A stretch of DNA of 64,000 nt from Naegleria gruberi (lineage: Eukaryota): NCBI GenBank assembly GCA_000004985.1, contig GG738873.1, one strand, 5' to 3'. The notes under the pieces were generated by a model, which worked only from the letters and a program-made list of their open reading frames with translations, had not been told where the DNA came from and did not search any database. Made by a program: the position numbers and the translations under genes. The number at the start of each line of letters is the position of its first letter. The stretch's first letter is position 1. Below, one piece after another: positions 46,142 through 57,112 of the stretch.

Positions 46142-47773
46142 TTAAGCAATAAAGCAAACAGTTGTAATATCATCGAACTTGCCACCAAGTTGGCCAATCG
46201 CAACAGCGAATGGTGTTCTGGCCCATCTATTGAGTGCAACAGTTCTGGCTTCAAGAGTTACTCTTCTAGCCAACTCGCAAGCTTGCAATTCACCTCCAGG
46301 AGTACCTTGAGAAGAATTGGCAAGTAAATTATCTTTCATGTCCCATATTAAATTTCCAACAGATTCTGGGAAGAGATTATCCCAAACGCCATCAGTTGCC
46401 ATCACAAGAACATCATCCTTTTCCAATTTGATTTCTTCATCAACAGCATGTTCTGGCAAATCATGGTAGGCGGTACTATTCCCTGGTGGAACAACACCAA
46501 GTTGGAATGGACAATTGAAATAATGTTGTTTTTCCTTAGTTTGGAAAATACAGGCTCCTTCTCTAAAAACTGCAAGGCCTGAATCTCCCAAGTTAGATGT
46601 TCTCAAAATTTTAGTATTCTTGTCGTAGGAAGCAATCGAAGCTGTGGTACTTCCAGCAAGAACTTGTCTTTCATTTACAATTAAATCATATGCCATTTGT
46701 AAAATCTTGTTTGGATTACTCAAAAGTTGGCTATCACCACCCTCACAAACAAGTTTGGCATTGTACATGAGCTGGTTACTGATGAGAGATGGATCAACTC
46801 CAACCTCGGCCCAACCTCCAACACCATCAGCAACACCAATAATTGTATAATTATCATTCTCAAAAGTGAAGAAGGCATCTTCTCCGCATTGTTCCTTATA
46901 ATCAGAAGAATCTAATGATTTTGGTGCAGCAAATTTCTTTCCAACTCCAAAACCACATGCTTGTTTGGCATGACTCTCAATGGTAAAATCAAATTCGGAA
47001 GGTATTGAAGCACCAACAGGTTTTTCTTGTTGTTGTTGTTTTCTGTACAAATATTGTGGTACGTCACTAGTAGTGGATGGTTTAGCATTCTGAACACAGG
47101 TATTTAAATTATTGTAGGATTGGTATTTGAGTGGGATCATTCCTAGGAGAGATGAATGGAAATGTTTAAAAATGTTGTTAGTAGAGGTATTAGTTGTGGT
47201 GGTGGTGGAGGAAACTGTCCAATTGCTATTATTAAACAAGTGGGTTGGCAAAACTGATCGAACTAAACTATGACTATTACTTAAAGCCTTTGAAGCAAGA
47301 CAAGTTGTAGTTTTTTGAAACATGGGTTCAGAAGCTTGATCTGATGAAGGTAAATCCGACTGAGAAGTTGTAGTAGAGGTACAAAACAAGTCCTTGTATT
47401 TTTTGTTTTGTTGTTCTGCTGCTGCTTCAGAGTGGATGAATAAAGTTGCTGCTGTTGTTGTAGCTGGTGTGTTGAGTGTTAAATTATTGCTCTTACTGCC
47501 TGCTGCTGAATGTTGAAAGGAGGAAATGGATAAATTATCTTCTTCTTCTTCAATAAAATCGAATAAATCTTCAATGTATTGTGGATGTTGGGAGTAACTT
47601 GGACTGTCTGGGTTTTCAAAAGAGGTATTAGATGGTTTTTGATTAATTTGACTTGTTGCTGCTTCAGAGGTAAAAGTATCAGCACTATTTGTTGCTTTTG
47701 TAGGGGTTAGCAAGGATGAGAATGGAAAACTATTTGAAGAAGGTAGAGACAATGATTGGTTTTGAGAGGCCAC
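46142..47773 (-). CDS. PP2C-family phosphatase of the PPTC7 type with a long low-complexity N-terminal extension
   Basis: GVADGVGGW, NLGDSGLAVFREG, QHYFNCPFQLG, ATDGVWDN and GGKFDDITTVCFIA all match PPTC7/SpoIIE-like PP2C. Confidence 0.85.
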   Translation of the reverse strand: MASQNQSLSLPSSNSFPFSSLLTPTKATNSADTFTSEAATSQINQKPSNTSFENPDSPSYSQHPQYIEDLFDFIEEEEDNLSISSFQHSAAGSKSNNLTLNTPATTTAATLFIHSEAAAEQQNKKYKDLFCTSTTTSQSDLPSSDQASEPMFQKTTTCLASKALSNSHSLVRSVLPTHLFNNSNWTVSSTTTTTNTSTNNIFKHFHSSLLGMIPLKYQSYNNLNTCVQNAKPSTTSDVPQYLYRKQQQQEKPVGASIPSEFDFTIESHAKQACGFGVGKKFAAPKSLDSSDYKEQCGEDAFFTFENDNYTIIGVADGVGGWAEVGVDPSLISNQLMYNAKLVCEGGDSQLLSNPNKILQMAYDLIVNERQVLAGSTTASIASYDKNTKILRTSNLGDSGLAVFREGACIFQTKEKQHYFNCPFQLGVVPPGNSTAYHDLPEHAVDEEIKLEKDDVLVMATDGVWDNLFPESVGNLIWDMKDNLLANSSQGTPGGELQACELARRVTLEARTVALNRWARTPFAVAIGQLGGKFDDITTVCFIA

Positions 47774-48775
47774 TTTCCGATATTGATTAAACTTAGCCTG
47801 AAGTGAAGAAGATGTTAGCTAGTTTTTTTTTTTTAAATTTAAATGAAAGATGGTAAAGTATGGCGCTTAAAAACTACAATTCTCTAAAAATAGAGTCGAT
47901 TTAAGAGTGGAAAAACAAAAAATAGTGGAACTCAAGTTGATTGTTTTAGTTTACATTGAAAAACATTTTTAAGAGAAGGAGTTGAACTGTAACCTCATAA
48001 ATTCCCCACCAGATTGTAAACATTAAGAAGATGGAGTTGTACAACAAAAAATATAAATATTAATAATTGCTTTCAAGAGGTGAGATCTCTGAACAAGAAC
48101 AAACTTATGATGTTGTTCATAATAGTATATTTATTGAATTTTTAAATATCGATTTTATGCATTTTCATGGTTTTTAACAGAGAGCAGCAACAATTATGTT
48201 TACAATACTGTAGTTGAACGTTACAAATAAGGTGATAGAACAATCAACACCTGCCCTCTTTAATATATTAAACCTTCCTATTCGGAAATAGAATAAGCTC
48301 ATAAAATAAGAAAGCACACGGAAGCGTTTACAATAAGTGTTGGATGCCACCAATCGCTTATTTACAATGGTATAATCGTAGATATTATATTCATTATCAG
48401 ACATCTGTCCTAGTAATCAATTAAAATTGCTTGATGGAAAGCAATTACAAGCTATCAACATTGAAAATAATTGAATTTATCTCTTACGATTCTCGGCATT
48501 GCTAGGGCCCAAGTGTTAATTTATCTCTTTAAAGCTTGCCAAAACGGAATAATTTAACGCGTTGCATCTCTCACGAAAGAATATTCTTCGGACTCTTGTT
48601 TACACAACACCATAAAGAAACGAAAAATTTGAAAAAAACAACTAACGCATAACAGCTAATTTAACCAGTAGAGAGAGATTTAATTCCGCATTCAATATCA
48701 CAATAGCAAACAACAACAACTAAAGCACACTCATTAGACGACTCTGAACCCTCCATCACTATTAGCTATCACAAA

Positions 48776-50296
48776 ATGCTAAGTAACAATAATAATATCA
48801 AAGTAGAAGAAGAAATTTTGAATGAGTCCAATATTCAACAAGAAGAATCACTCTTCCTTGAAAAACCAAAGAGAAGACAAGGAAAGAAGAGTGTCAAGCT
48901 TGTAGAAGAACCTATTATTGCTGCTTCTACATCTTCAGAAGATACCAATAATAACAATGATAACGAAGAAGAAGAAGAAGAAGCAGATGATGAATATTCC
49001 GCAGATGACATCTCAGCAGGTACTCATGGTAGTAATCCTTCTAGACAATGGCAAAAGGATGACACTTTTAATAATCAAGCAGGTTATTGCATCTCTGTGG
49101 GTATTACTACCCGTGATGAAAGTTTACCAATTTATGACACTCCTTGCAAAATGTACTCTAGTTTACGTTACAAGCTTCAATATAAGTGTGTCATTGTCAC
49201 ATCAGGATTGTCTGCCAGTTCAACTCCTAAACTCTTAATGTGTCGTGTCACAGTCATTGATGAAGAAACTAGTAAGGAAATTAAGAAAGATAACAAACCA
49301 ATCATTGATGATTCTCTCATTTCACTCAAATGCACAAGTACAAATGCCACTGCTGGTCAATCATTGGTATTTGAAGCCAATCACAAGATTAAATTCAAGA
49401 GTGTTTCATTCCATCATAATAAGAGCAAGTGGAGATTATTACTTCAACTCTTCTCTGACTCTAACCAAAGCATTAATACACCAGTACTTGTCATTAAGAG
49501 TGCTCCATTCCAAGTATACGCAAGAAGACCAAAGGTTTCTGAAAGAGATTCCACCAATGGTCTCCTCACCTCTACACCAGTTCCAACATCAAAGGAAGAA
49601 AAGAAACAAAAGAAGAAGAAGAATGAATTAAAAAAGAGAAAGAGATCTGCCTCAATGGCTAGTAAGGACATTGCTCCTCCAAAGATAGAAAAGCCATCCA
49701 CTGATGAAGAAACTAATGCACCAACCATTCCAATAGTATCAACTGAATCTTGTATTGCAAGTTCATCCAAGGATGCTCCAATCATTACTGAACCAACCAT
49801 TGCCAGCTCATCAACTTCAACCACCACATCTGATCCAACTCTTGTCAAGGAAGAACCAATCTCTCACACTGAAACCAAGACCTCCATCAAACAAAAGAAA
49901 AAGCTCCTTGATAACTTTTCCAAGACACTTGATACTCTCTTAAAGTTCCACTCAGAGATGGACGATGACAGTAAGAGACTTGCATTTGAAATGTTGCAAC
50001 AAAGAATGTACAATCACTTTTATTCTGATTTGGTGCAGCAACATGAATGGATGGCCCAACAAATGGCAATTCAACATCAACACCAACAAATGCAAGATAA
50101 CTTGTCGCCCCAAAATATTGAAACAGACCATGCTGTTCTTGAAGCTGGTTCTGCAGATGATATCATTGTTCAATGTGATAATGAATCTACCCACTATAAT
50201 GACCATATGGAACATGATCACTTTTTGAACATGTGTGACAGTGGCTCATTCGAAGATAATATGATTTTACACAATGATTACCATCCATTTATTTAA
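48776..50296 (+). CDS. hypothetical nuclear-type protein with poly-E/D and K-rich stretches
   Basis: 506-aa ORF with an acidic run (NDNEEEEEEADDE), a KKQKKKKNELKKRKR NLS-like stretch and a Q/H-rich C-terminus. Confidence 0.4.
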   Translation: MLSNNNNIKVEEEILNESNIQQEESLFLEKPKRRQGKKSVKLVEEPIIAASTSSEDTNNNNDNEEEEEEADDEYSADDISAGTHGSNPSRQWQKDDTFNNQAGYCISVGITTRDESLPIYDTPCKMYSSLRYKLQYKCVIVTSGLSASSTPKLLMCRVTVIDEETSKEIKKDNKPIIDDSLISLKCTSTNATAGQSLVFEANHKIKFKSVSFHHNKSKWRLLLQLFSDSNQSINTPVLVIKSAPFQVYARRPKVSERDSTNGLLTSTPVPTSKEEKKQKKKKNELKKRKRSASMASKDIAPPKIEKPSTDEETNAPTIPIVSTESCIASSSKDAPIITEPTIASSSTSTTTSDPTLVKEEPISHTETKTSIKQKKKLLDNFSKTLDTLLKFHSEMDDDSKRLAFEMLQQRMYNHFYSDLVQQHEWMAQQMAIQHQHQQMQDNLSPQNIETDHAVLEAGSADDIIVQCDNESTHYNDHMEHDHFLNMCDSGSFEDNMILHNDYHPFI

Positions 50297-50879
50297 ATGA
50301 CCCAATTGTTGGGTCATGTAATGGTGATCCACAATTTTTGTACAGTATATTGTTAACTAACTGAAATATTTCGGCCTTTTTCCATATGTTGTAAATAAAC
50401 ATGAGTATCCTTTTAATTATTATTAATTAGAACAATTTTTTTAATGCAATTGTAAATGTTTGGAAAGTGCATCATACCTTCTTAACAGTTCCAAAAACTT
50501 CTCTATTTCACCATTTATGGATCCTCAAATTTCTGCTTCCCACATCTAACAAATTGGTCTTTTTGCAATTCTATTGACAATGAAAGAAGTTGTTTCTAAA
50601 AGCTAGAAAATTATCTGGATATCTGAATATCTCGTTCATTTTGTATTGAATAAACTTCAATATTGTGCCATTCACATTGTCACAAATAACACTACTTCAA
50701 ACTTTCTTTGCAGTGCTCACTCATGTTCATAAACAACCGTTTGAAACTTGAACAAGTACATGAATGAGATTGCAAGTCCGATCTTTATATTGGCAACTGA
50801 ACTCCATGGAGAGTAGTATCTTGTGCCCGACCTTTCCTTGTGGAGAGACCAAGAACAAAGACCAATAACTTTCAAAAAA

Positions 50880-53800
50880 ATGGACAAATTGAAACTCAAC
50901 AACACTAATAGCTCAACATTCTTGCTACTATTGTTGTTTTTGCACTTGTTGTTTCTTGCTGCCCAACCAATTGTCCACGGTCAATCTTTATACCATGTAA
51001 AAACCATAGCAGGTAGTTATCCCTATGGTTACAATGGTGATGACATTGAACCTACCAAGGCAGAAATCACCCTACCTGATGGTCTTGCACTCTCTCCAAG
51101 CAACAATGGTGACATTTTCATAGTTGACAAGATAAATTGTCGAGTGAGACAAGTAGTGGCAAGTAGTGGTAAAATTAAAACAATTGTTGGTGTGGGTATT
51201 CCTGGTTCTGTCACGACAACTATAGCAACTATGGCTCGTTTGAATTATCCTAGTGCACTTGCTTTTCAGAACAGTGATGTCATGTACTTGTCTGATAATA
51301 GTCATGTTATTCGAAAGGTAGTATTATCTAGTAATTTGATTAGTACATATGCTGGTCAAGTTGGTGTACCAGGGAGTATTGGAGATGATGGAGTAGCTAT
51401 CAATGCACTGTTGAATACACCAAGTGGAATTGCCATCTCTCCTGTGAATAATAATTTATATATTGCAGATACCTCAAATAACAAAATTCGTGTGGTTTCG
51501 TATACGGATGGTATCATTAGAACATTTGCTGGAGGTGGAACAGATACATCCACTGTGGTACAGGATGCAACTAATGCACAGTTTAACTTCCCCACTTCCA
51601 TTGCAATCTCTAATAGTGGAGAAGTTTACATTGGCGATGACAAGATTAGAAAGGTGTTCAATAATGGCACCAGTGTACTTCTGTTCACTTCTTTTGGACT
51701 CTCTGGCCAGACTAATACAGTTTATGGAATGGCAGTATCTCCAATAACTGGTGCTCTCTATGTTACTGTTTCAGATAGAGTATACATGATTCAATCGAAT
51801 GGAGTTGCAACATTAATAGCTGGATCAGGAGCTGGCTATGCTGGAGACAATCAATTGGCATCCAATGCCATGTTCAGAGTCACAAGAGGCATTGCTATAT
51901 CCTCAAGTGGGGAGATTTTCATTTCTGATGGTGGAAATAACAGAGTTAGAAAGATTAACACCAACAATATCATCGCCACCGTAGCTGGAACAGGTTCCAA
52001 TCTTGCCTACAATGGTGATAATATTGAGGCAGTGAAGGCAAAACTCTTTGGCCCAGAATCGGTTGCTGTCGCTCCAAATAATGAGGTTATTGTGGCCGAC
52101 ACAAGAAATGATAGATTGAGAAAGATTTCACTTGGTGGAATAATCACAACCATTACTCCAAGTTATAGTTCACCCAGATCTCCTCTCGTGCCCAATGTAG
52201 GGGAGTACTATTTTGTTGATTCGTCAACTGTGAAATATCTCATATCTTCTAGTGGCATTGTAATAACTAAAGCTGGATCTGGAACTACTGGATACAATGC
52301 TGATAACATTCCCGCTACAAGTGCTCATTTAAATTTTCCAAAAGGAATTGCCAGATCCACAAATGGAGATTTGTTCATTACCGATTCTGGAAATCATCGA
52401 ATTAGAAAAGTGTTTTTAAATCAGACCATCATTACTGTAGCTGGTACTGGTACTTCTGCCTACAATGGAGATGGGCTATTAGCAACTAGTGCCAATATTA
52501 ATAATCCATATGGAATTGTACTGACCTCTAATAATGAAGTTATTTTTTCAGAGTATGAAGGCCATCGAGTGAGAAAAATTCTCAATGATGGAACCCTCAT
52601 TACCATTGCAGGAACTGGGGTGGATGGGTATAGTGGGGAGAATTTGAGCGGTTCTAATTCAATGTTGAGATATCCTGCTGGTCTTGCCATTTTATCCAAT
52701 GATGAACTATTGATTTCTGATTCCCAAAACCATGCCATTAGGAAATTATTTAAGAATGGAACTTTGATAACCATTGCTGGTACTGCACCACTGTATGGAT
52801 ACAATGGTGAGAATTTGCACCCTTTGGAAACTCAATTTTATGGACCAATGGGTGTAGCTCTATCTGCTGATGAATCTAAAATTTTCATTGCTGACACAAG
52901 TAATGGAAAGGTGAGAGCGATCTCTTTTGGTTGTGACCTACAGAATCAATGTAGTGGGCATGGAGATTGTGCAGTGAACAATTGTTCGTGTTATTCTGGT
53001 TGGAGAGGAAGTTCTGATTGCTCTCTCTTCTCATGTGAAACATTGAATGCCTGCTCTGGACTTGGTACATGTGTGAGTAATAATACATGCTCATGTACTA
53101 GTGGATGGAAGGGAAGCCTCGATTGTTCCCACTTCTCATGTGAAACATTGAACAATTGTTCAGGGCATGGTGCATGTGTAGGTCCCAATACATGTTCATG
53201 TGATTTGGGGTGGAAGGGAAGCCTCGATTGTTCTTTCTCATGTGAAAAATTGAATGCCTGCTCTGGACATGGTGTCTGTGTGAGCAATAATACGTGTGTT
53301 TGCGATTCTGGTTGGAAGGGAAGTCTGGATTGCAATCTCCCTTCCTGTGAAATGTTTAAAAATTGTTCAGGACATGGCTCTTGTTTGAGTAGTAATACAT
53401 GTTCGTGCTTGAGTGGATGGAAGGGAAGCCTAGATTGTTCCCTATTCTCTTGTGATGCTGTGAAAAATTGTAGTGGAAATGGAACATGTACATCAAGTAA
53501 TGGTTGTTCATGCCTGGAAGGATATGGTGGATTGAGTTGTGATAATAGAATTGTTCCTCCTACCTATGTCTCTCCACTTGCATCCAAGAATGGTCCAGTT
53601 ACTACTACAGGTAATTCTAACATTGGATTGATTGTTGGATTGGTTGTGGGTTTAACATTATTGGTATTGTTAATATTGCTTGCAATCATTGTTACCATCT
53701 GTCTCATTGTGAAATTAAAGAAGAAGAAAAGCAAACCACTGGTTACTAATGAAGAACCAATTGAAATGATAACAACCATTGATGAAAATGTTACTCAAAC

Positions 53801-54752
53801 AGCCAATAGTTCATTACTTACCTCAGATTTCCCAAGCGATACCTTTAACAATTCCTATTACCAGTTGAATTCTTCCAATACTAACACAAGTGCTACTTCT
53901 CCTCCTCAAAACACAGATCATTCTTTGCTCAAAGATAGATACAAGATTCAACAAGTTATTGGTCAAGGTGCATTTGGTAAATGTTATCTCTGTTTGGATT
54001 CTAAAAAGAATGACATGCCAGTTGCCATCAAGACTATTAGTTATGATCAAAGTAGACATTCTAAAATTATTGATGAATGTTCCAAAACACTTTCATACAG
54101 ACATGCAAATCTGGTTGAAGTATATGAATTCTTTGAAGCACAGATTATTCAATCTATTTGTATTGTAATGAAATTTTATGAAGGCGACTTGGAACATGCC
54201 TTGAAAGATTTGAAACAAGATGGAAAGATTGTCTCTGAGAAGATGATCATCTCCATCATGAAACAACTTGGAGATGGTTTGAACTATCTTCACCAAGAGA
54301 AACTAATTGTTCACAGAGATATCAAACCACGTAATATTTTCTACAGTAAATTGGACCGTGAATTGGATGAAATCCAAGTGGTTATTGGTGATTATGGAGA
54401 GGCAAAGGAAACTGGAGAAACTCAAAATTCAGTTGCAGGAACATTGCAATATATGGCGCCTGAGGTCTTTTCTAGAAAATACAGTTATAGTGCTGATATA
54501 TTTTCACTTGGAGTTTCACTCATTCAGGCCATGGCAAATGAATCCTTAGATTTAAACATTACAGCTCAATTATTATACGATAAGGAAGAAGTGGTGTTGG
54601 ACAGAACAATGGAACACTTGATATCAAGAGGTTACTCTGAGAAGCTTTGCAATTTTATTGTGACTATGGTCTCAAAGGAACCGAGTATGAGACCAACAAG
54701 TGCTGACATTCAAAATTTCACTCAAGATGATGGTGCCGAAAAGAGCATTTAA
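50880..54752 (+). CDS. intronless receptor-like protein: signal peptide, ~10 NHL repeats, 7 EGF-like repeats, TM helix, Ser/Thr-type protein kinase
   Basis: Signal peptide (MDKLKLNNTNSSTFLLLLLFLHLLFLAAQPIVHG). NHL repeats (LNYPSALAFQ; NNKIRVVS; GNHRIRKV). Tandem EGF-like repeats (CSGHG.C...C.C..GW.G..DCS), TM helix IGLIVGLVVGLTLLVLLILLAIIVTICLIV and kinase motifs (GQGAFGKCY, HRDIKPRNIF, DYGEAK, GTLQYMAPEV). The long ORF begins at 50823 but the signal-peptide Met is at 50880. Confidence 0.8.
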   Translation: MDKLKLNNTNSSTFLLLLLFLHLLFLAAQPIVHGQSLYHVKTIAGSYPYGYNGDDIEPTKAEITLPDGLALSPSNNGDIFIVDKINCRVRQVVASSGKIKTIVGVGIPGSVTTTIATMARLNYPSALAFQNSDVMYLSDNSHVIRKVVLSSNLISTYAGQVGVPGSIGDDGVAINALLNTPSGIAISPVNNNLYIADTSNNKIRVVSYTDGIIRTFAGGGTDTSTVVQDATNAQFNFPTSIAISNSGEVYIGDDKIRKVFNNGTSVLLFTSFGLSGQTNTVYGMAVSPITGALYVTVSDRVYMIQSNGVATLIAGSGAGYAGDNQLASNAMFRVTRGIAISSSGEIFISDGGNNRVRKINTNNIIATVAGTGSNLAYNGDNIEAVKAKLFGPESVAVAPNNEVIVADTRNDRLRKISLGGIITTITPSYSSPRSPLVPNVGEYYFVDSSTVKYLISSSGIVITKAGSGTTGYNADNIPATSAHLNFPKGIARSTNGDLFITDSGNHRIRKVFLNQTIITVAGTGTSAYNGDGLLATSANINNPYGIVLTSNNEVIFSEYEGHRVRKILNDGTLITIAGTGVDGYSGENLSGSNSMLRYPAGLAILSNDELLISDSQNHAIRKLFKNGTLITIAGTAPLYGYNGENLHPLETQFYGPMGVALSADESKIFIADTSNGKVRAISFGCDLQNQCSGHGDCAVNNCSCYSGWRGSSDCSLFSCETLNACSGLGTCVSNNTCSCTSGWKGSLDCSHFSCETLNNCSGHGACVGPNTCSCDLGWKGSLDCSFSCEKLNACSGHGVCVSNNTCVCDSGWKGSLDCNLPSCEMFKNCSGHGSCLSSNTCSCLSGWKGSLDCSLFSCDAVKNCSGNGTCTSSNGCSCLEGYGGLSCDNRIVPPTYVSPLASKNGPVTTTGNSNIGLIVGLVVGLTLLVLLILLAIIVTICLIVKLKKKKSKPLVTNEEPIEMITTIDENVTQTANSSLLTSDFPSDTFNNSYYQLNSSNTNTSATSPPQNTDHSLLKDRYKIQQVIGQGAFGKCYLCLDSKKNDMPVAIKTISYDQSRHSKIIDECSKTLSYRHANLVEVYEFFEAQIIQSICIVMKFYEGDLEHALKDLKQDGKIVSEKMIISIMKQLGDGLNYLHQEKLIVHRDIKPRNIFYSKLDRELDEIQVVIGDYGEAKETGETQNSVAGTLQYMAPEVFSRKYSYSADIFSLGVSLIQAMANESLDLNITAQLLYDKEEVVLDRTMEHLISRGYSEKLCNFIVTMVSKEPSMRPTSADIQNFTQDDGAEKSI

Positions 54753-54978
54753 TATTGTAATTAAATTATAAAATAATGGATCAAGTTTGTTTGGAATGTC
54801 ATTAAAATTTCTGTTAATTCCAGTAAATAATCAATTCCAAGAAACTCTCATCTGGTTTTGAGTGATATGTTTGTTGTTATTAAGGTGGATTTTAATGAAC
54901 TTTAGTTTCATTATTCTAATCTTGTGTACAAATTTCTTATTTTAGCACCCAACAATCATTCGGGTAAAATCAAAAAAA

Positions 54979-56058
54979 ATGAAACTAGATGAACTTCCCC
55001 TCGACCTTCTTTTCATCATTTGCGATTTTGCCTTCATTCGCAACAATCCCGATTCTCGCCTCGAATCAAACATTAAAACTTTATGTTCGATGGATTTGAT
55101 TTCATCAGTCCTGAGTAGAAATTACGAATTTAGGGGAAAATTGGAGGCAATTTGGAAAATTATTCTATTAAGTTATTTGGGTATTGTTTTGAATGATGAT
55201 GAGCAGGGAACTGTGAATGTTCTACGATCAGGATTTTCATTCCAAGTTGCTGATTTTGAAAATACATTGGAGAAGGCTAGTAAGAAAACATTTAACAGAT
55301 GTTTTGGGCTAATTAGAGAATGTGAGAAGAGGATTGGAAAGAGGAGATTTCAAGGTTTTGATATTGATACAAAGAGTGATAGAACTGTCTCAATTAGTGT
55401 TGTTGGAATGAGTGGGAGTGGAGTAAAATCCATGTTATATCGATATTTTGAAAATAAGTATATTGGAGATGATATTGGAATGATGGATGTGAATGATGAT
55501 TACAATAAGGAAATTAATATTGGAGACAGAGTGGTGAATTTTCAATTCAGGAATGGAAGTGCTTATCAAGATCGATATTTAAGGGATAGTTAGTTTCATA
55601 TCTGTTGTATGGTTAATTATTTAACAACATATTTAGCTGTTTTTCGATACTCTTCTGGGCATTTACTTGTTTTCAATGTTGATTCTGTTGAGGACTATGA
55701 AATAGAAAGCATGATTAGCACGGTTGGAAGAGTTCATGATGATGAGCTCATGCCCATTATTATATGTCTCAATAAGATTGATGTTATTGAGGGTCATCCA
55801 GAACTATACAAACTCAAACCAGAGTACCTGAAAGAAATTACTGAAAAATTATTCTATACCAATGTAGAAATCATTCCAACCAGTTCCAAGGACAACCTAA
55901 ATATTTCAACAGTTATGGAAAAGATTGCTAAGAAGGCCTACTTTTACATTGATGGATTTGATTGTCTTCGAATGAGAAAACATCTCCAACTGGTTGTTAA
56001 GAAGGATAAAAAGATTCTTAGACAATTTAATAAGAAGTCAAATTGTATCCTTTCTTAA
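54979..56058 (+). CDS. F-box-like N-terminus fused to a divergent Ras-superfamily small GTPase domain; exons 54979–55588 and 55637–56058 (48-nt intron GTTAGT..TAG)
   Basis: N-terminal [14 protein letters not shown] (F-box-like). The GTPase-like core has a P-loop variant ([13 protein letters not shown]), a switch II where DTAGQE is replaced by [10 protein letters not shown], and G4 NKID (ICLNKIDV). The splice phase fits: ...YLRD|[17 protein letters not shown]. Confidence 0.5.
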
Positions 56059-56107
56059 TCCCAATTGGATACAATAAAATTAAATTATTGAATAAGCAAA
56101 ACGAAAT

Positions 56108-56180
56108 CGCCCACCGTGGGGGTCGAACCCACGACCACAAGGTTAAGAGCCTTGCGCTCTACCGACTGAGCTAGACGGGC
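56108..56180 (-). tRNA. tRNA-Lys (anticodon CTT)
   Basis: Minus-strand sequence GCCCGTCTAGCTCAGTCGGTAGAGCGCAAGGCTCTTAACCTTGTGGTCGTGGGTTCGACCCCCACGGTGGGCG. It folds as a cloverleaf with a 7-bp acceptor stem (two GU pairs), anticodon loop CTCTTAA, T-loop GTTCGAC and A/B-box-like sequences. It closely resembles metazoan tRNA-Lys-CTT. Confidence 0.9.
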
Positions 56181-56263
56181 TACTGTTAAAGGTCTTTTCA
56201 GTATTCATTCGTAAGTGTTCAAAAGAACAATCTGGGATCTCCTTTTATTGTTATTGACTTAAT

Positions 56264-56423
56264 GTTAATAATTATTGCCACATGTTCCACATGCTGCAGC
56301 ATTACCTTGCAATGGAGGAACGCCAGTACTTAAATTTCTTTTACAGTTTTTACACAAGGTAGCTCCACAAGATTTGCAACGAGCACTGTCGCTACTTCCA
56401 CATCCACTTGACCAATTACACAT
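56264..56423 (-). CDS. small Cys-rich ORF (52 aa), metallothionein-like composition; below the 60-aa cutoff of the ORF track
   Basis: MCNWSSGCGSSDSARCKSCGATLCKNCKRNLSTGVPPLQGNAAACGTCGNNY, which has 10 Cys in 52 aa with CxxC/CxC spacing. ATG at 56423..56421, stop at 56266..56264. Confidence 0.3.
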
Positions 56424-56887
56424 TCTGATTTTGTTTTTTTGAGAAATTGAAATTGTTTGAGAACAAACTTGTTTATTCTTATACTTTTTTCAAAATCATG
56501 CTTTAGACTAATAGATAACATGGATGGCAAATAATTGGGATCAAAATAATGGATTGGTTGGTTAAATTGTAATAGTTTGTTGTAAACTAGATTCTTCCAG
56601 TTGAATTGGTAACTCTTAAACAATTCCTTACAAACATTGGTACTGCATTACAGTAAGATAAAGAAATATCACACAATGCAAGTTCTTATTACTGCAGAAT
56701 TTCTCACATTTATCACGATGAAAAATGAGAAATTTTTTTTTTGAAAATAGGGGCTGAGCTGAGGTTATTATCTCTATGGTTTCAATAAATAAAACTTTAA
56801 AAATTGAAGGATAGGTAGAATAGATATCTGTCTTTGTATTTTTTAAATATCAAATATTAACTATTCGGGATAGAGTCAAAAATTAAC

Positions 56888-56958
56888 CTCGAGTGCCGGG
56901 AATTGAACCCGGGTCGCCAGAGTGACAGTCTGGAATGCTACCACTATACCACACCCGA
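56888..56958 (-). tRNA. tRNA-Asp (anticodon GTC)
   Basis: Minus-strand sequence TCGGGTGTGGTATAGTGGTAGCATTCCAGACTGTCACTCTGGCGACCCGGGTTCAATTCCCGGCACTCGAG. Anticodon stem-loop CCAGA/CTGTCAC/TCTGG, T-arm GGGTTCAATTCCC, GTGGTA D-loop. Confidence 0.88.
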
Positions 56959-57112
56959 TTTCACATTCTTTGTCATTAAAGTACGGATATATAAGTGTTA
57001 CCTTAACCATTTTCCAAACTTGGTTTAACGGTGCAATAGAAAATTGGGAACACCCTCAGAACCATTTTTTCATCAATACCTGAATTTGTGAAAAAGATCA
57101 AAATTGGGTTGT

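Noticed and set aside
48776-50296. Possible beta-sandwich transcription-factor DNA-binding domain in the acidic/K-rich protein
   Set aside because: The resemblance (KIKFKSVSFHHNKSKWRLLLQLF region) is too vague to name a family without a profile search
52900-53560. Approximately periodic ~100-bp DNA repeats
   Set aside because: They are the coding sequence of seven tandem EGF-like repeats of the NHL receptor kinase, a protein-level repeat rather than a non-coding satellite
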